64,000 bases of DNA from Corallochytrium limacisporum Hawaii (Eukaryota > Protista > Pluriformea): positions 196,367 through 260,366 of the forward strand of contig PDIP01000026.1 of NCBI GenBank assembly GCA_002811645.1, in the 5' to 3' direction. The position numbers were made by a program, and so were the translations under genes. Shown piece after piece: positions 1 through 8,885 of the stretch (its first letter is position 1; every line of letters starts with the position of its first letter). The notes beneath the pieces are model-generated. The model was not told where the DNA came from. It ran no database searches and saw nothing but the letters and a program-made list of their open reading frames with translations.

Positions 1-3000
1 CTTTACCTCGACCTTTTCCAGTTTAACAACGGGTTCAAACTCCACATCTGGTTCGTAGTCCTCAGCCTTGTCGTCATCTCCGCCACCCGTAGGAGCCTGC
101 GCTGGTGGACCACCAAACATGGGCGCATTGCTCTTTGCTAACGGAGATGCGTTGGTGTTGGCGAACGGGGAGGCATTGGAGGTGGCGAACGGTGATGCAT
201 TGTCACCCGCAGATTTTGCCAAGCTGGCAAAGGAGAATTCACCACCTTGGTTGGACGAGGCAGCCCCAAATGGGCTGCCAGATGCAGAGGTTTGCCCAAA
301 CATAGATGTTTTAGTTCCAACGGCAGACGGTGTCGCAACTGATGAGCTTACGTGAACAGGCTCTACTAACTCGACAGTTCGGTAACTACTGAGGTCTTGA
401 CCATCTTCTTCATCCAACAGACTGATGTGTGCAGTCTTCGCAGCATCCTCATCCTCGTAACAATAGAAGCAAGCAGGCAGTTGATACTGCTTTACATTTT
501 CTACATGTGTGGGATTGGACGTGTTCAGAGAGCGTTGATACGTAATCTCAAGGTCAGAAGATATTCTCTTGGGAGCCTTATCCACGTCGCTCATGCTCAA
601 CTGACTGGTTGTTAAATTGGGCGCAATTGCACCGGTTCCCGATAGATTGCTCGCTGAGGCCTTGACTGCCTCATCAGCAATTGAATTCAGGCCACCATCG
701 TTTTGGTCCATGATGTTCTTGCGCACCACGGCAGGCACGGTTGACTTTTCTAAGTCCTGTACATCATCTTTGCTAAACACGCATCCTTCCCTCCCAAGAT
801 CTGTCGCACCGGATTCAAGAACAGTTGGTTTGCCGGCCACGCAATCATCGAAGGCCTTCTTGAAGGCTTCGCCATCCTCATCCTTCTTAAATCGTATCAT
901 AAACATCTCATCTTCAGGAGCTCCATCGCTAATGTCTCCCATTGCTACCCATTGCCATCTGGTCTTCTGTCCGTCCACCGAGTTCAGAGACATGCCTGCC
1001 ACAATGCTGTGATTGGCACAAAGTTTGAAGACCTGGTCACGGCGCATAACAAAGCGGGTTTTCTTGGTCATGGGATTCCAGAGAATCTTGGCAGGTCCCA
1101 CGCCACGGTCCTTCCACTGCTTCTCTTCCTTGTCAAGGCGGTACAGTTTAGCACGATCAACCTTGAAGAAAATATCCTCGCCTTCTTCACCTGTTTTGAC
1201 CTCAACTTTGTCGAGCTTCACGACTGGCTCAAATTCGACATCAGGTTCGTAATCGTCTGCTTTGTCGTCATCAACACCACCCTGCTCGCATTCAGCGCTA
1301 GGGACTGAAGACCCACCAAAGATTGGCTTGGGGGATCCAGTCAGGCCACTCAAGCCACCACCAGAGGGGGCAGACCAAGCAGCACCGGATGCTGTGGACT
1401 TGGCCATGTCTGCAAAACTGAACGGCTTGGCGGTACCCGATCCAGCTCCGCCAAAAGAGAATCCCTGTCCCTCAGTCTGCAATGGTTTGCTCTCAGATAA
1501 AGTGGCGGGTGCAGCTTTTGCATCAGTCGCAGTTTCCGAGCTGGACTTCGATGGTGACTGCGATGGCACTGTCTCACCCTTGGCACACTTCTCAAAGGTG
1601 TCTTTGAATATTGTGCCATCCTCCTCGGTCTTGAAGCGGAGCATAAATACTTGTTTCTCTGGCTCGCCATCAGCAATGTCGGCCGTGGTTAGCCATGTCA
1701 TCCTAGAGGGATCGGGGCCCATCTGTGAAACGGACATTCCCGGTGAGATGGCATGGTTCGCACACACCTTAAACACTTGGTCCCGCCGCATTACAAAGCG
1801 TATGCGCTGCGACCTGGGATCTCTAAGAATCTTCGCGGGTCCAATTCCACGTTCTTTCCACTGCTTATCCTCCGCTGCATAGCGGAAAAGTTTCGCCTTC
1901 TCAACCGACCAAAGCACTTCTTCGTCTTCCTCGCCGGTCCTGGTCTCAACCTTGTCAAGTTTAACGACGGGTTCAAACTCGACATCAGGCTCATACTCGA
2001 GTCCGTCGTCGTCATCGCCCTCATCATCACTTTTCTGCACTGGCTGGGCGGGAGGAGGATTGTTCTTGTGTTCCTCGTTCTTCTTGGCTAGCTCAGCAAA
2101 GCTAAAACCGACCTGGCCGGTAGATGCCAATGGGATCTTTCCATTGCTTTTGGTAGCATTCACGGCGGCAAATCCTTGAGAAACGCCTCCACCGAACGAC
2201 ATACCAATTGGCTGCGCTGTTGCTGGGGCTCCTGAAGTCTGTCCAGCAGCCGACCCGAAGGCAAACCCTCCAGACTTTGGTGGTGCCCCAAAGATGCTTC
2301 CGCCTGTCGCGCCTCCACCGAAAAGCTGACCACCTTGGTCATTTTTAGCGCTGAATAGTCCTGTAGATGTAGTCGACTGACCACCGAAGATGGGTTTACT
2401 TGATGGTGAGCCGAACGTGAATCCTCCTGCTCTTGCTCCTGTATCCTCATCGTCGACATCTTCGTCTTCCTCGTCGATCTCATCATCGTCCTCTTCATCC
2501 TCATCTTCTTCGTCGTAGTAGTCGTCGTCCTCGTCTTCGTCACTGTCTGCATAAAAGTCCTTGTCCTCATCTTCCTCCTCGTCATCGTCGATCACAACAT
2601 CGTCACCGAACAGCGGTTTACTGGGTTGCCCGAAGGTGAAAGTGTTCCCAGAAGCTTGGGGCATAGTGAAAGTAGGAGTAGTACCAGCCGCTTGCGGAGG
2701 AATATTGAACATACCAGGCCTCGTCGTGGGAACAGCTGCTGGCTGCTGCTGGTCCGCAGGGCGCACTGGCTGTTGTCCAAATTCGGTAGGCTGACCGGTA
2801 CCTGTCCCGGGCTGCGGAGGTTTCTGTCCCATTGGTGTACCCCCAAAGGAGAAATTACCTGCATTGGCACCGAAGGTAGTTTGTACAGGCTGAGCAGGCT
2901 GGGCTGCGATCTGCGGCGTGGTCTCCGCAGGCGGAGCAGGCTGGGCTTGAGGAACACCAAAAACAGGCTTTGATCCTGGGGTCTGCGACGGGAAATCAAG

Positions 3001-5172
3001 TTTGAGACCTTCTTGGTAGGACCCAGTTTCCTTTGTCGGAGCTGCTACTGCTACGGTGTTCGGAGAAGTCAACCGGCTCGGGCTTGGCGCAGGTGCTGGC
3101 TGCCGTGCGCTCTTGAAGACGCGAAGATCATCGGAAAAGTCGTAGTAATGATCTGGGGACTTGACGCCTTTGACCGAAGCGTCATCCTCCAGAAACTTCA
3201 TGAACGGCTCCACTTCTTCAGCTAATAGACGAGGTCGAATTCGGAGAAGTCGGAGAGCTAAATGCCATCCGAAACGGCGGAACGGCTCGGAGTCTTCCGG
3301 ATCCCCAGCATTTCGCAAACGCCTTGCCCTCTGAATAAAGAATCTGCTCACCCAGATTGAGCTCGGGGAGACTTCAGTGTTATCTGATGTTAGGCATCTG
3401 ATCCGCAAGAGTTCACTCTTGACGATCGCATCTCTCATGGGGATTGCCTGTCCATCAAGGATGTGCTGCTCTACGATACAGGACCAGAATTGTTGCACTC
3501 GAGTCGGCAGAGCCACCGGGTGAACCTCACTTGTCTCCTCCTTGTCACAAATGTCATGCAGGCTTGTCCACAGGAATGCTTCCAGGTCATCAATTGAAAC
3601 ATCGTCTGAGGAAGCCCGATCCAAATAGTTGGAGTGGGATGCGACAGCTGGGAAAATGTACTTAAGCAAACTTCGCGTACGGGGGAGCGCCTTGAGCTTG
3701 GAATAGTGTGTTGCCGCCCACACATGATAACTCAAATCCAGCGGAGTGATACCCATGTTTGCAGAGTCAAACAGGGTCAGGTTCTCAACGAAACCCTTGT
3801 CTGTAACACTCCAAACTTGGTCCTCTGTGTTCTCCAAGCTCTTGCAGATGTCCAGTGCTTTGCACATTGTTGGGTCATCAACGTAAGCCCGGAATTTCTT
3901 CATAGCCTCACCAACAGACAAAGAGTCCCCAGCTGGGGCGGAGACTTGCAGAGCGTACTGGATGCAATAGCTCCGACGTGCATCCTGGAATTCTTCCCAG
4001 GCATAGTCCAAGCTCACACCACTCAACAGCCCCGAATCCACCTTAGCTAAGGACTTCAGGAAAGCAGCTGCTCCCTGAACCACTGTGGAAGTCTTTGTGA
4101 GTACCACTGTGCGAATTGCAACGTGCATGGCCAGACGACATTCGAACTCGACGATGATTGCACTCCACCCGATCACGTCATTCATGCGCTTCAGGATTTC
4201 CACATAGTCATCGATAACAATTTCGAACCCGACTTCCTGCGGTTCGGTCCAGTGATGCACCATCGCTGCGCGATCGATACTGAGCAATGCAACGAGTCCA
4301 ATATTTGACACCGTGGCTTGGTCATAGTCTTTCGCATTCAGGGCACCTTTCAGTAGCCGTGCAGCAACCAGGCACCTCTCCAAGCCACGCCAAGTGGGGT
4401 CAGTCAAGAAGAAAGCACCCTTGCTTTTCAATACGGTTTCAACAAGTTTCTTGAAGTTTTCCCCATGAGAATCATCTGCGGAATGGGAGTCAATGAATTT
4501 CAAAATTGCGGGAGAGTTCACCGTCGCAAGCTCACAATCATTTTCCTCGTCCCATGTGCACCCAAGGATACTAGCGATGGACGCAAACATGGTCGGCGAA
4601 ACGGAATGCTGGTCATGATTTGCCAGAGAAGTCTCCAATCTCTCGAGAGCAGCATTTGCTTCGGGGGAGAGCTTCTTGACAGCCTTTGCCTGGTAAACCA
4701 ACAACTCCACATTCGAGGTGGCTGAATTCCGCTTCTCATCTGTAATTTCACCTGAGGTCAAAATACGATACGCTAACTGCAAGGTCGGCTCAAGGCTTGA
4801 AGACTGTCCCAGATTCAATGCGGTCATTCGCGCCTGCAAAGCGTCTGAAAGATTCCCTAGTTTTAAGTGCAAATCCGCCAAACGGGACATTCCTTCCGCG
4901 TCTTCTTTCAACCTGCAGTAGAGCTCCTGACGTTCAAGCGCAGTGGTAAGGTGGCCCACTTCTTCGTAAAGTCGAGAGAAGATTAACGCATACTTAGCTG
5001 CCTGGGGTCCCGACTTGGCACTTCCAATACTCTTTTCGTACCGCTGAACCTCTTCATAACTACGATAGTGCGGTCTGGACCCAAGCTTTGGTGCAGGTGT
5101 TGCCATTGGCCCGTTCTTTGAAGCCGATGTCGGCAGCCCTTTCCGGCCAATGGGCGTCACCGGGACGCCCAT
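1..5172 (-). CDS. RANBP2: RanBP2/Nup358-like nucleoporin, 3' end beyond the window (>1724 aa)
   Basis: Partly translated by hand from ATG at 5172; the track lists no stop-terminated ORF in this frame, consistent with it being open to position 1. N-terminal TPR-like segment YRSYEEVQRYEKSIGSAKSGPQAAKYALIFSRLYEEVGHLTTA, then an acidic block (~2430-2600) and FG repeats (FSFGG, SIFGA, FAFGS). Two complete Ran-binding domains at ~1585-1995 and ~850-1250 (WKERGIGPAKIL..MRRDQVFKVCANH). IR-like motif at ~454-558. A third RanBD starts at ~60. Confidence 0.88.
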   Translation of the reverse strand, partial: MGVPVTPIGRKGLPTSASKNGPMATPAPKLGSRPHYRSYEEVQRYEKSIGSAKSGPQAAKYALIFSRLYEEVGHLTTALERQELYCRLKEDAEGMSRLADLHLKLGNLSDALQARMTALNLGQSSSLEPTLQLAYRILTSGEITDEKRNSATSNVELLVYQAKAVKKLSPEANAALERLETSLANHDQHSVSPTMFASIASILGCTWDEENDCELATVNSPAILKFIDSHSADDSHGENFKKLVETVLKSKGAFFLTDPTWRGLERCLVAARLLKGALNAKDYDQATVSNIGLVALLSIDRAAMVHHWTEPQEVGFEIVIDDYVEILKRMNDVIGWSAIIVEFECRLAMHVAIRTVVLTKTSTVVQGAAAFLKSLAKVDSGLLSGVSLDYAWEEFQDARRSYCIQYALQVSAPAGDSLSVGEAMKKFRAYVDDPTMCKALDICKSLENTEDQVWSVTDKGFVENLTLFDSANMGITPLDLSYHVWAATHYSKLKALPRTRSLLKYIFPAVASHSNYLDRASSDDVSIDDLEAFLWTSLHDICDKEETSEVHPVALPTRVQQFWSCIVEQHILDGQAIPMRDAIVKSELLRIRCLTSDNTEVSPSSIWVSRFFIQRARRLRNAGDPEDSEPFRRFGWHLALRLLRIRPRLLAEEVEPFMKFLEDDASVKGVKSPDHYYDFSDDLRVFKSARQPAPAPSPSRLTSPNTVAVAAPTKETGSYQEGLKLDFPSQTPGSKPVFGVPQAQPAPPAETTPQIAAQPAQPVQTTFGANAGNFSFGGTPMGQKPPQPGTGTGQPTEFGQQPVRPADQQQPAAVPTTRPGMFNIPPQAAGTTPTFTMPQASGNTFTFGQPSKPLFGDDVVIDDDEEEDEDKDFYADSDEDEDDDYYDEEDEDEEDDDEIDEEDEDVDDEDTGARAGGFTFGSPSSKPIFGGQSTTSTGLFSAKNDQGGQLFGGGATGGSIFGAPPKSGGFAFGSAAGQTSGAPATAQPIGMSFGGGVSQGFAAVNATKSNGKIPLASTGQVGFSFAELAKKNEEHKNNPPPAQPVQKSDDEGDDDDGLEYEPDVEFEPVVKLDKVETRTGEEDEEVLWSVEKAKLFRYAAEDKQWKERGIGPAKILRDPRSQRIRFVMRRDQVFKVCANHAISPGMSVSQMGPDPSRMTWLTTADIADGEPEKQVFMLRFKTEEDGTIFKDTFEKCAKGETVPSQSPSKSSSETATDAKAAPATLSESKPLQTEGQGFSFGGAGSGTAKPFSFADMAKSTASGAAWSAPSGGGLSGLTGSPKPIFGGSSVPSAECEQGGVDDDKADDYEPDVEFEPVVKLDKVEVKTGEEGEDIFFKVDRAKLYRLDKEEKQWKDRGVGPAKILWNPMTKKTRFVMRRDQVFKLCANHSIVAGMSLNSVDGQKTRWQWVAMGDISDGAPEDEMFMIRFKKDEDGEAFKKAFDDCVAGKPTVLESGATDLGREGCVFSKDDVQDLEKSTVPAVVRKNIMDQNDGGLNSIADEAVKASASNLSGTGAIAPNLTTSQLSMSDVDKAPKRISSDLEITYQRSLNTSNPTHVENVKQYQLPACFYCYEDEDAAKTAHISLLDEEDGQDLSSYRTVELVEPVHVSSSVATPSAVGTKTSMFGQTSASGSPFGAASSNQGGEFSFASLAKSAGDNASPFATSNASPFANTNASPLAKSNAPMFGGPPAQAPTGGGDDDKAEDYEPDVEFEPVVKLEKVEVK

Positions 5173-5947
5173 GATGTCTATCTATAATGTATGATTTAAG
5201 TATGAAAAATGGTGTGGCTTACGTGGTCATCCTGATCACGTAAGGAGAGTTGTTGATGTAGATCTGATCTCGCGGTGAGAGTAACGTATACCATACTTAT
5301 CAATTGTCGAAATCTTACTCTGAAGTAGCACACTGAATATCATATGGAGTCACACAAATCGATACATACACGACCAACACTACGCATTCATTCCAATATC
5401 GCCTCCTGGAATCGAACCATAGATGGCCATTTCTCTTGGTGCCCTTGTTTGAATGTATTTGGGACGCACTTGGCCGTGGCTGTGTGCTAAGATTCTAAAC
5501 CCCGTGGCGGTGTGAGGAGGTGGGGTGGGGGGAAGGGGCTCCGTTTGTTCATGTCACTCCACACTCCACTCCCTACAGATAAAGATGTAAGGCACTCCCT
5601 GTGTGGAGATGCCCACTGCAACTCAGCAGCCGAAAGCAAAAAGAAAAATTCACAGTTTGCTCGACGTCCATACATTTTTGACTGCTGATCGGACTGAACA
5701 ACATGGACGTACTGCGTTGCCTCGCCAGGGAAGAAAATGCGCCAAGAAGACAACACCTTCTCCCCTCCCCCCCTCCATCCGGGGAAAAGCCAGCGGGAAA
5801 AGCCAATTCGCATAATTTATATACCGACTACTTTTAACCTGTCAATGTTGAATTGGGGAGCAGGTTGAACGTCAGAGAAGGAAGTCGGGGCCACCTTAAG
5901 GTAAGCGGGTAATCGTTGTATTATGTGCAATGCGGAGCAACAATGAT

Positions 5948-7453
5948 CTATGTAGAAGATAGAACAGCGGTGATCGTCTTCCCGATGAGGTCGGCAGCGC
6001 GGTGGAGCTCTTCATCCTCGTGCTTGACGGAGAGACAAATGCGGATTGTTGGAATGGTGGCGCCCATCTCTTCGCTGGCAATGTAGCGAGAGCGAGAGAT
6101 GAGAATATTGTGTTGGAGGCGTACATCAGTGACAATCTTGTCAATGATGGCCATGTCCTCTCGCTGGTTCATAGCCGATCGGTTCAATGCCAAGTGGATC
6201 ATGGGTACATCGTTGCTACCCAAGACGCGGACTCCAAATATTTTGCTAATGCGGCTACGGAATTCCCTTGCTTTCAAGCGCAATTCACCAAACATTTCGG
6301 GCGTGTCATTCATAATTGCCAGAGCCCGGATGGCAGTGCATGCAAACATGGGAGGTAGGGACGCAGAGAAGATGTATCCACCTCCCGAAAGGCGCTGATG
6401 ATCGATGACATACGAACTACCAGTCGCAAAACCGCCGATGGATCCCAATGAGCTTTCCGTTCCTGCTACAATGCAATCAATCTTCTCAACCGGTACTTTG
6501 AAATGCTCCGTAACACCGCGACCGGTAGCACCCAGGACACCGAAGGAATGGCTTTCCTCGAGAAATATGCGCACTTTATACTTATCCCGGAATTCGACCA
6601 ACTTGGGCAGAGGACAAATCTCACCAGTGCTCGCGTAGACCCCTTCCACAACCAGAAAGCGGCGAGTCTTGCTCGCCTTGCTGCGGTTTCTCTTATCAGC
6701 CTCAGCCTGCCGTTCCAACAGGCGCTCAAGATCCTGCATGTCATTATGTTTGAAAAACTTGACCTTGGCCTTGGATGCAATCAGACCACGCTGAATAGGG
6801 AAAGACACAGCACTGTCAGCAAACACGATGTCCGTACGCTTTGCATAGGCTGGTATCACAGAGGCAATTGTGGAAAAGCCGTACGAATACAAGATTGATT
6901 CCTCGGTGCCAAAAAATTCCGACAATCTCTGTTCAAGATCAAGATGCACATCAATGGTGCCGTAAAAACCACGAGGCCCACAGGACCCCACACCGTATTT
7001 GCGCAGAGTCTCGACAGCAATCTCTTTCAACTCGTCATCCGCGGAGAAGCCTAGATAGTTGTAGGTTGACAGGTTCAGGCACCTTTTTCCGTCGAGCTCG
7101 GCGTAGATATCTGCAGCTCCTTCCAGAACCAAACCTGCCTGATATGCCGGGTGCTCCACAATTTCATTATGCTCTTCCATGGCTAGCGGTTCTGGCTTCC
7201 ATTCTCTGATCAGCTCCTCCTCTTCTTCCCGGGTTAGTCCTGATCCCTTCGGCTTAGGGGGCGAGTATGGCTTGGCAAATAACAGGTAAATGACCAAGAG
7301 AGCAAGTGAAGCTTCGACCATTACGTGAAAGATGGGCTCAGCGAACATTGTGTCCTCAAAGTATACTTTCATGTTGTCCGCTGCAGGAACTACATCAACA
7401 ATTTTGTGAAAGAGTAATTCCGCAGCATCCTGCAGGGACATGCTCTCAGCCAT
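5948..7453 (-). CDS. SPTLC1: Serine palmitoyltransferase subunit 1 (LCB1)
   Basis: N-terminal TM helix, EEEEELIREWKPEPL, KYGVGSCGPRGFYGTIDVHLDLE, HQRLSGGGYIFSASLPP; no PLP lysine, as expected for LCB1. Likely start is ATG 7453 (MAESM); the track start at 7492 is TTG. Confidence 0.95.
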   Translation of the reverse strand: MAESMSLQDAAELLFHKIVDVVPAADNMKVYFEDTMFAEPIFHVMVEASLALLVIYLLFAKPYSPPKPKGSGLTREEEEELIREWKPEPLAMEEHNEIVEHPAYQAGLVLEGAADIYAELDGKRCLNLSTYNYLGFSADDELKEIAVETLRKYGVGSCGPRGFYGTIDVHLDLEQRLSEFFGTEESILYSYGFSTIASVIPAYAKRTDIVFADSAVSFPIQRGLIASKAKVKFFKHNDMQDLERLLERQAEADKRNRSKASKTRRFLVVEGVYASTGEICPLPKLVEFRDKYKVRIFLEESHSFGVLGATGRGVTEHFKVPVEKIDCIVAGTESSLGSIGGFATGSSYVIDHQRLSGGGYIFSASLPPMFACTAIRALAIMNDTPEMFGELRLKAREFRSRISKIFGVRVLGSNDVPMIHLALNRSAMNQREDMAIIDKIVTDVRLQHNILISRSRYIASEEMGATIPTIRICLSVKHEDEELHRAADLIGKTITAVLSST

Positions 7454-7464
7454 TTTCTCATCTA

Positions 7465-7508
7465 CTAAAGACAACAAATAGAACATACTCAAAGGAGAAT
7501 GGACTCAC
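7465..7508 (-). other. Candidate short 5'-UTR intron of SPTLC1
   Basis: Minus strand GTGAGT (7508) ... pyrimidine-rich ttgttgtctttAG (7465; alternative AG at 7462), just upstream of ATG 7453. Confidence 0.45.
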
Positions 7509-8437
7509 CGTTTACTATTCATAGAGTCAGTTTCCTTAGCCCGACATCTCTTATGTTTGGATCCTGTTGTCTTGAGTCCGGTCACCCGGGTTTGGATTGG
7601 AATTGTCACACATTAACGTTATCTACACAGATCTAATTTTGAAATAGGTTGCAAACCTAGAAAGGTTCCCAAGAGTACAAAACTGCTGGTCTACGGTCGA
7701 CCTGCCTCAGCACGCCGCTTCGCTCACTAAAGACGAGAGTGCAGGGCATAGAGAGTACCAGTGATTTCACCCGTAACGAACGAACGGAGCCATAGTTCCA
7801 CTATGGAAAGCGCATACCTCCTGCTTTGGCACATCCTTCTTTGTTTATTGTAATTCACCACACAATTGGGAATTCACGCCCAAAAGAACTGAACAGGTGT
7901 GCGGGCCATATATCGCGGCCACCCACCTACAGACCGGACGGATATGGCTGCTTCAAAAGCGGTACACTGAGTTCTGACCTCAGTGAATCGAGGGGAAGGA
8001 GATATTCTACTTTCTCTTCTTCGGCTTTGCGGTATTGGCTATTGGAACCCGGCCCCCCCTGCCCTGTTCTCACGCCGAAATCAGGGTATAAGTATATACG
8101 GAATATCTTAAAATTGCTTTTGCCGAACCGGGGATCCAGTAGGTGAGGCCGGTGAGGCACAGGTGGTGAAGCCGGGCGATGCACCTGCCTTCAGCGAGCC
8201 GGAAGGTGCAAAAAACAAAACACACCCTCGTCAGTGAAATCGTCCCGTACATTCACTGTCAAAGTGAAGTGAACCATGTGGGGCAGGCCAGTCTCCGGGG
8301 ATTTCCGTTTCTTGTTGGTCGTCAGAATTGGAGTCTCTCGGGAAGGGAGGCTAATGGTACGAGAGCCGAGAGGGTACGGACGGAGTAGTGCTTCGAGCAT
8401 GGCGTTAATTACTCGAAGCCCGATTCTCTCTTTGCGC

Positions 8438-8470
8438 GTGTAATGTGCCCCCCGCGGGGGCACATTACAC
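8438..8470. repeat. Perfect 15-bp inverted repeat with 3-nt loop
   Basis: gtgtaatgtgccccc-cgc-gggggcacattacac, in the divergent SPTLC1/NUP107 intergenic region. Confidence 0.9.
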
Positions 8471-8885
8471 TGAGCTGGGGGGGGGGGGAGATAGCGCGCC
8501 AAAATGGAGACTGAGGAGAGCTGAGTGAAACAAAACAGAGAGAAGCGCTTATCCCAAACCCCCCCCCCCGGGTGTCCTCGAGGGGGTAGTTGCGGCCAGG
8601 GGGAGCCCCTTCCCCCTGGAGGGGGCCTGGAGGGGCCCGGAGACCGTCTTCGAAAAACCATGGGCTGGAAGGCCACCATGACTGGAACGGGGAGGCTTCT
8701 TCTCGATGGTGTACGCTGTGCTGGTATGTAACATTGATATGGTTCATCCCCGAAAGCATGATACGCTCGATTCTGCGTCTATTTAGTGATGTTCAAAGCG
8801 AATTTTGAATGTATTCAGTGAATTATAGACAGATATGTCGTGATCAGGCATCTCTACAAAGCAGTTAGTTCACCTTCACAGTACC

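Noticed and set aside
364-377. TACTAAC...CAG branch-like signal
   Set aside because: Antisense within the RanBP2 coding frame, with no associated plus-strand gene.
68-4921. Many short track ORFs on both strands
   Set aside because: Shadows of the RanBP2-like frame.
8170-8210. GCCGGGCG...CCGGAAGG as SRP RNA
   Set aside because: Lacks the helix-8 motif and Alu-domain pairing.
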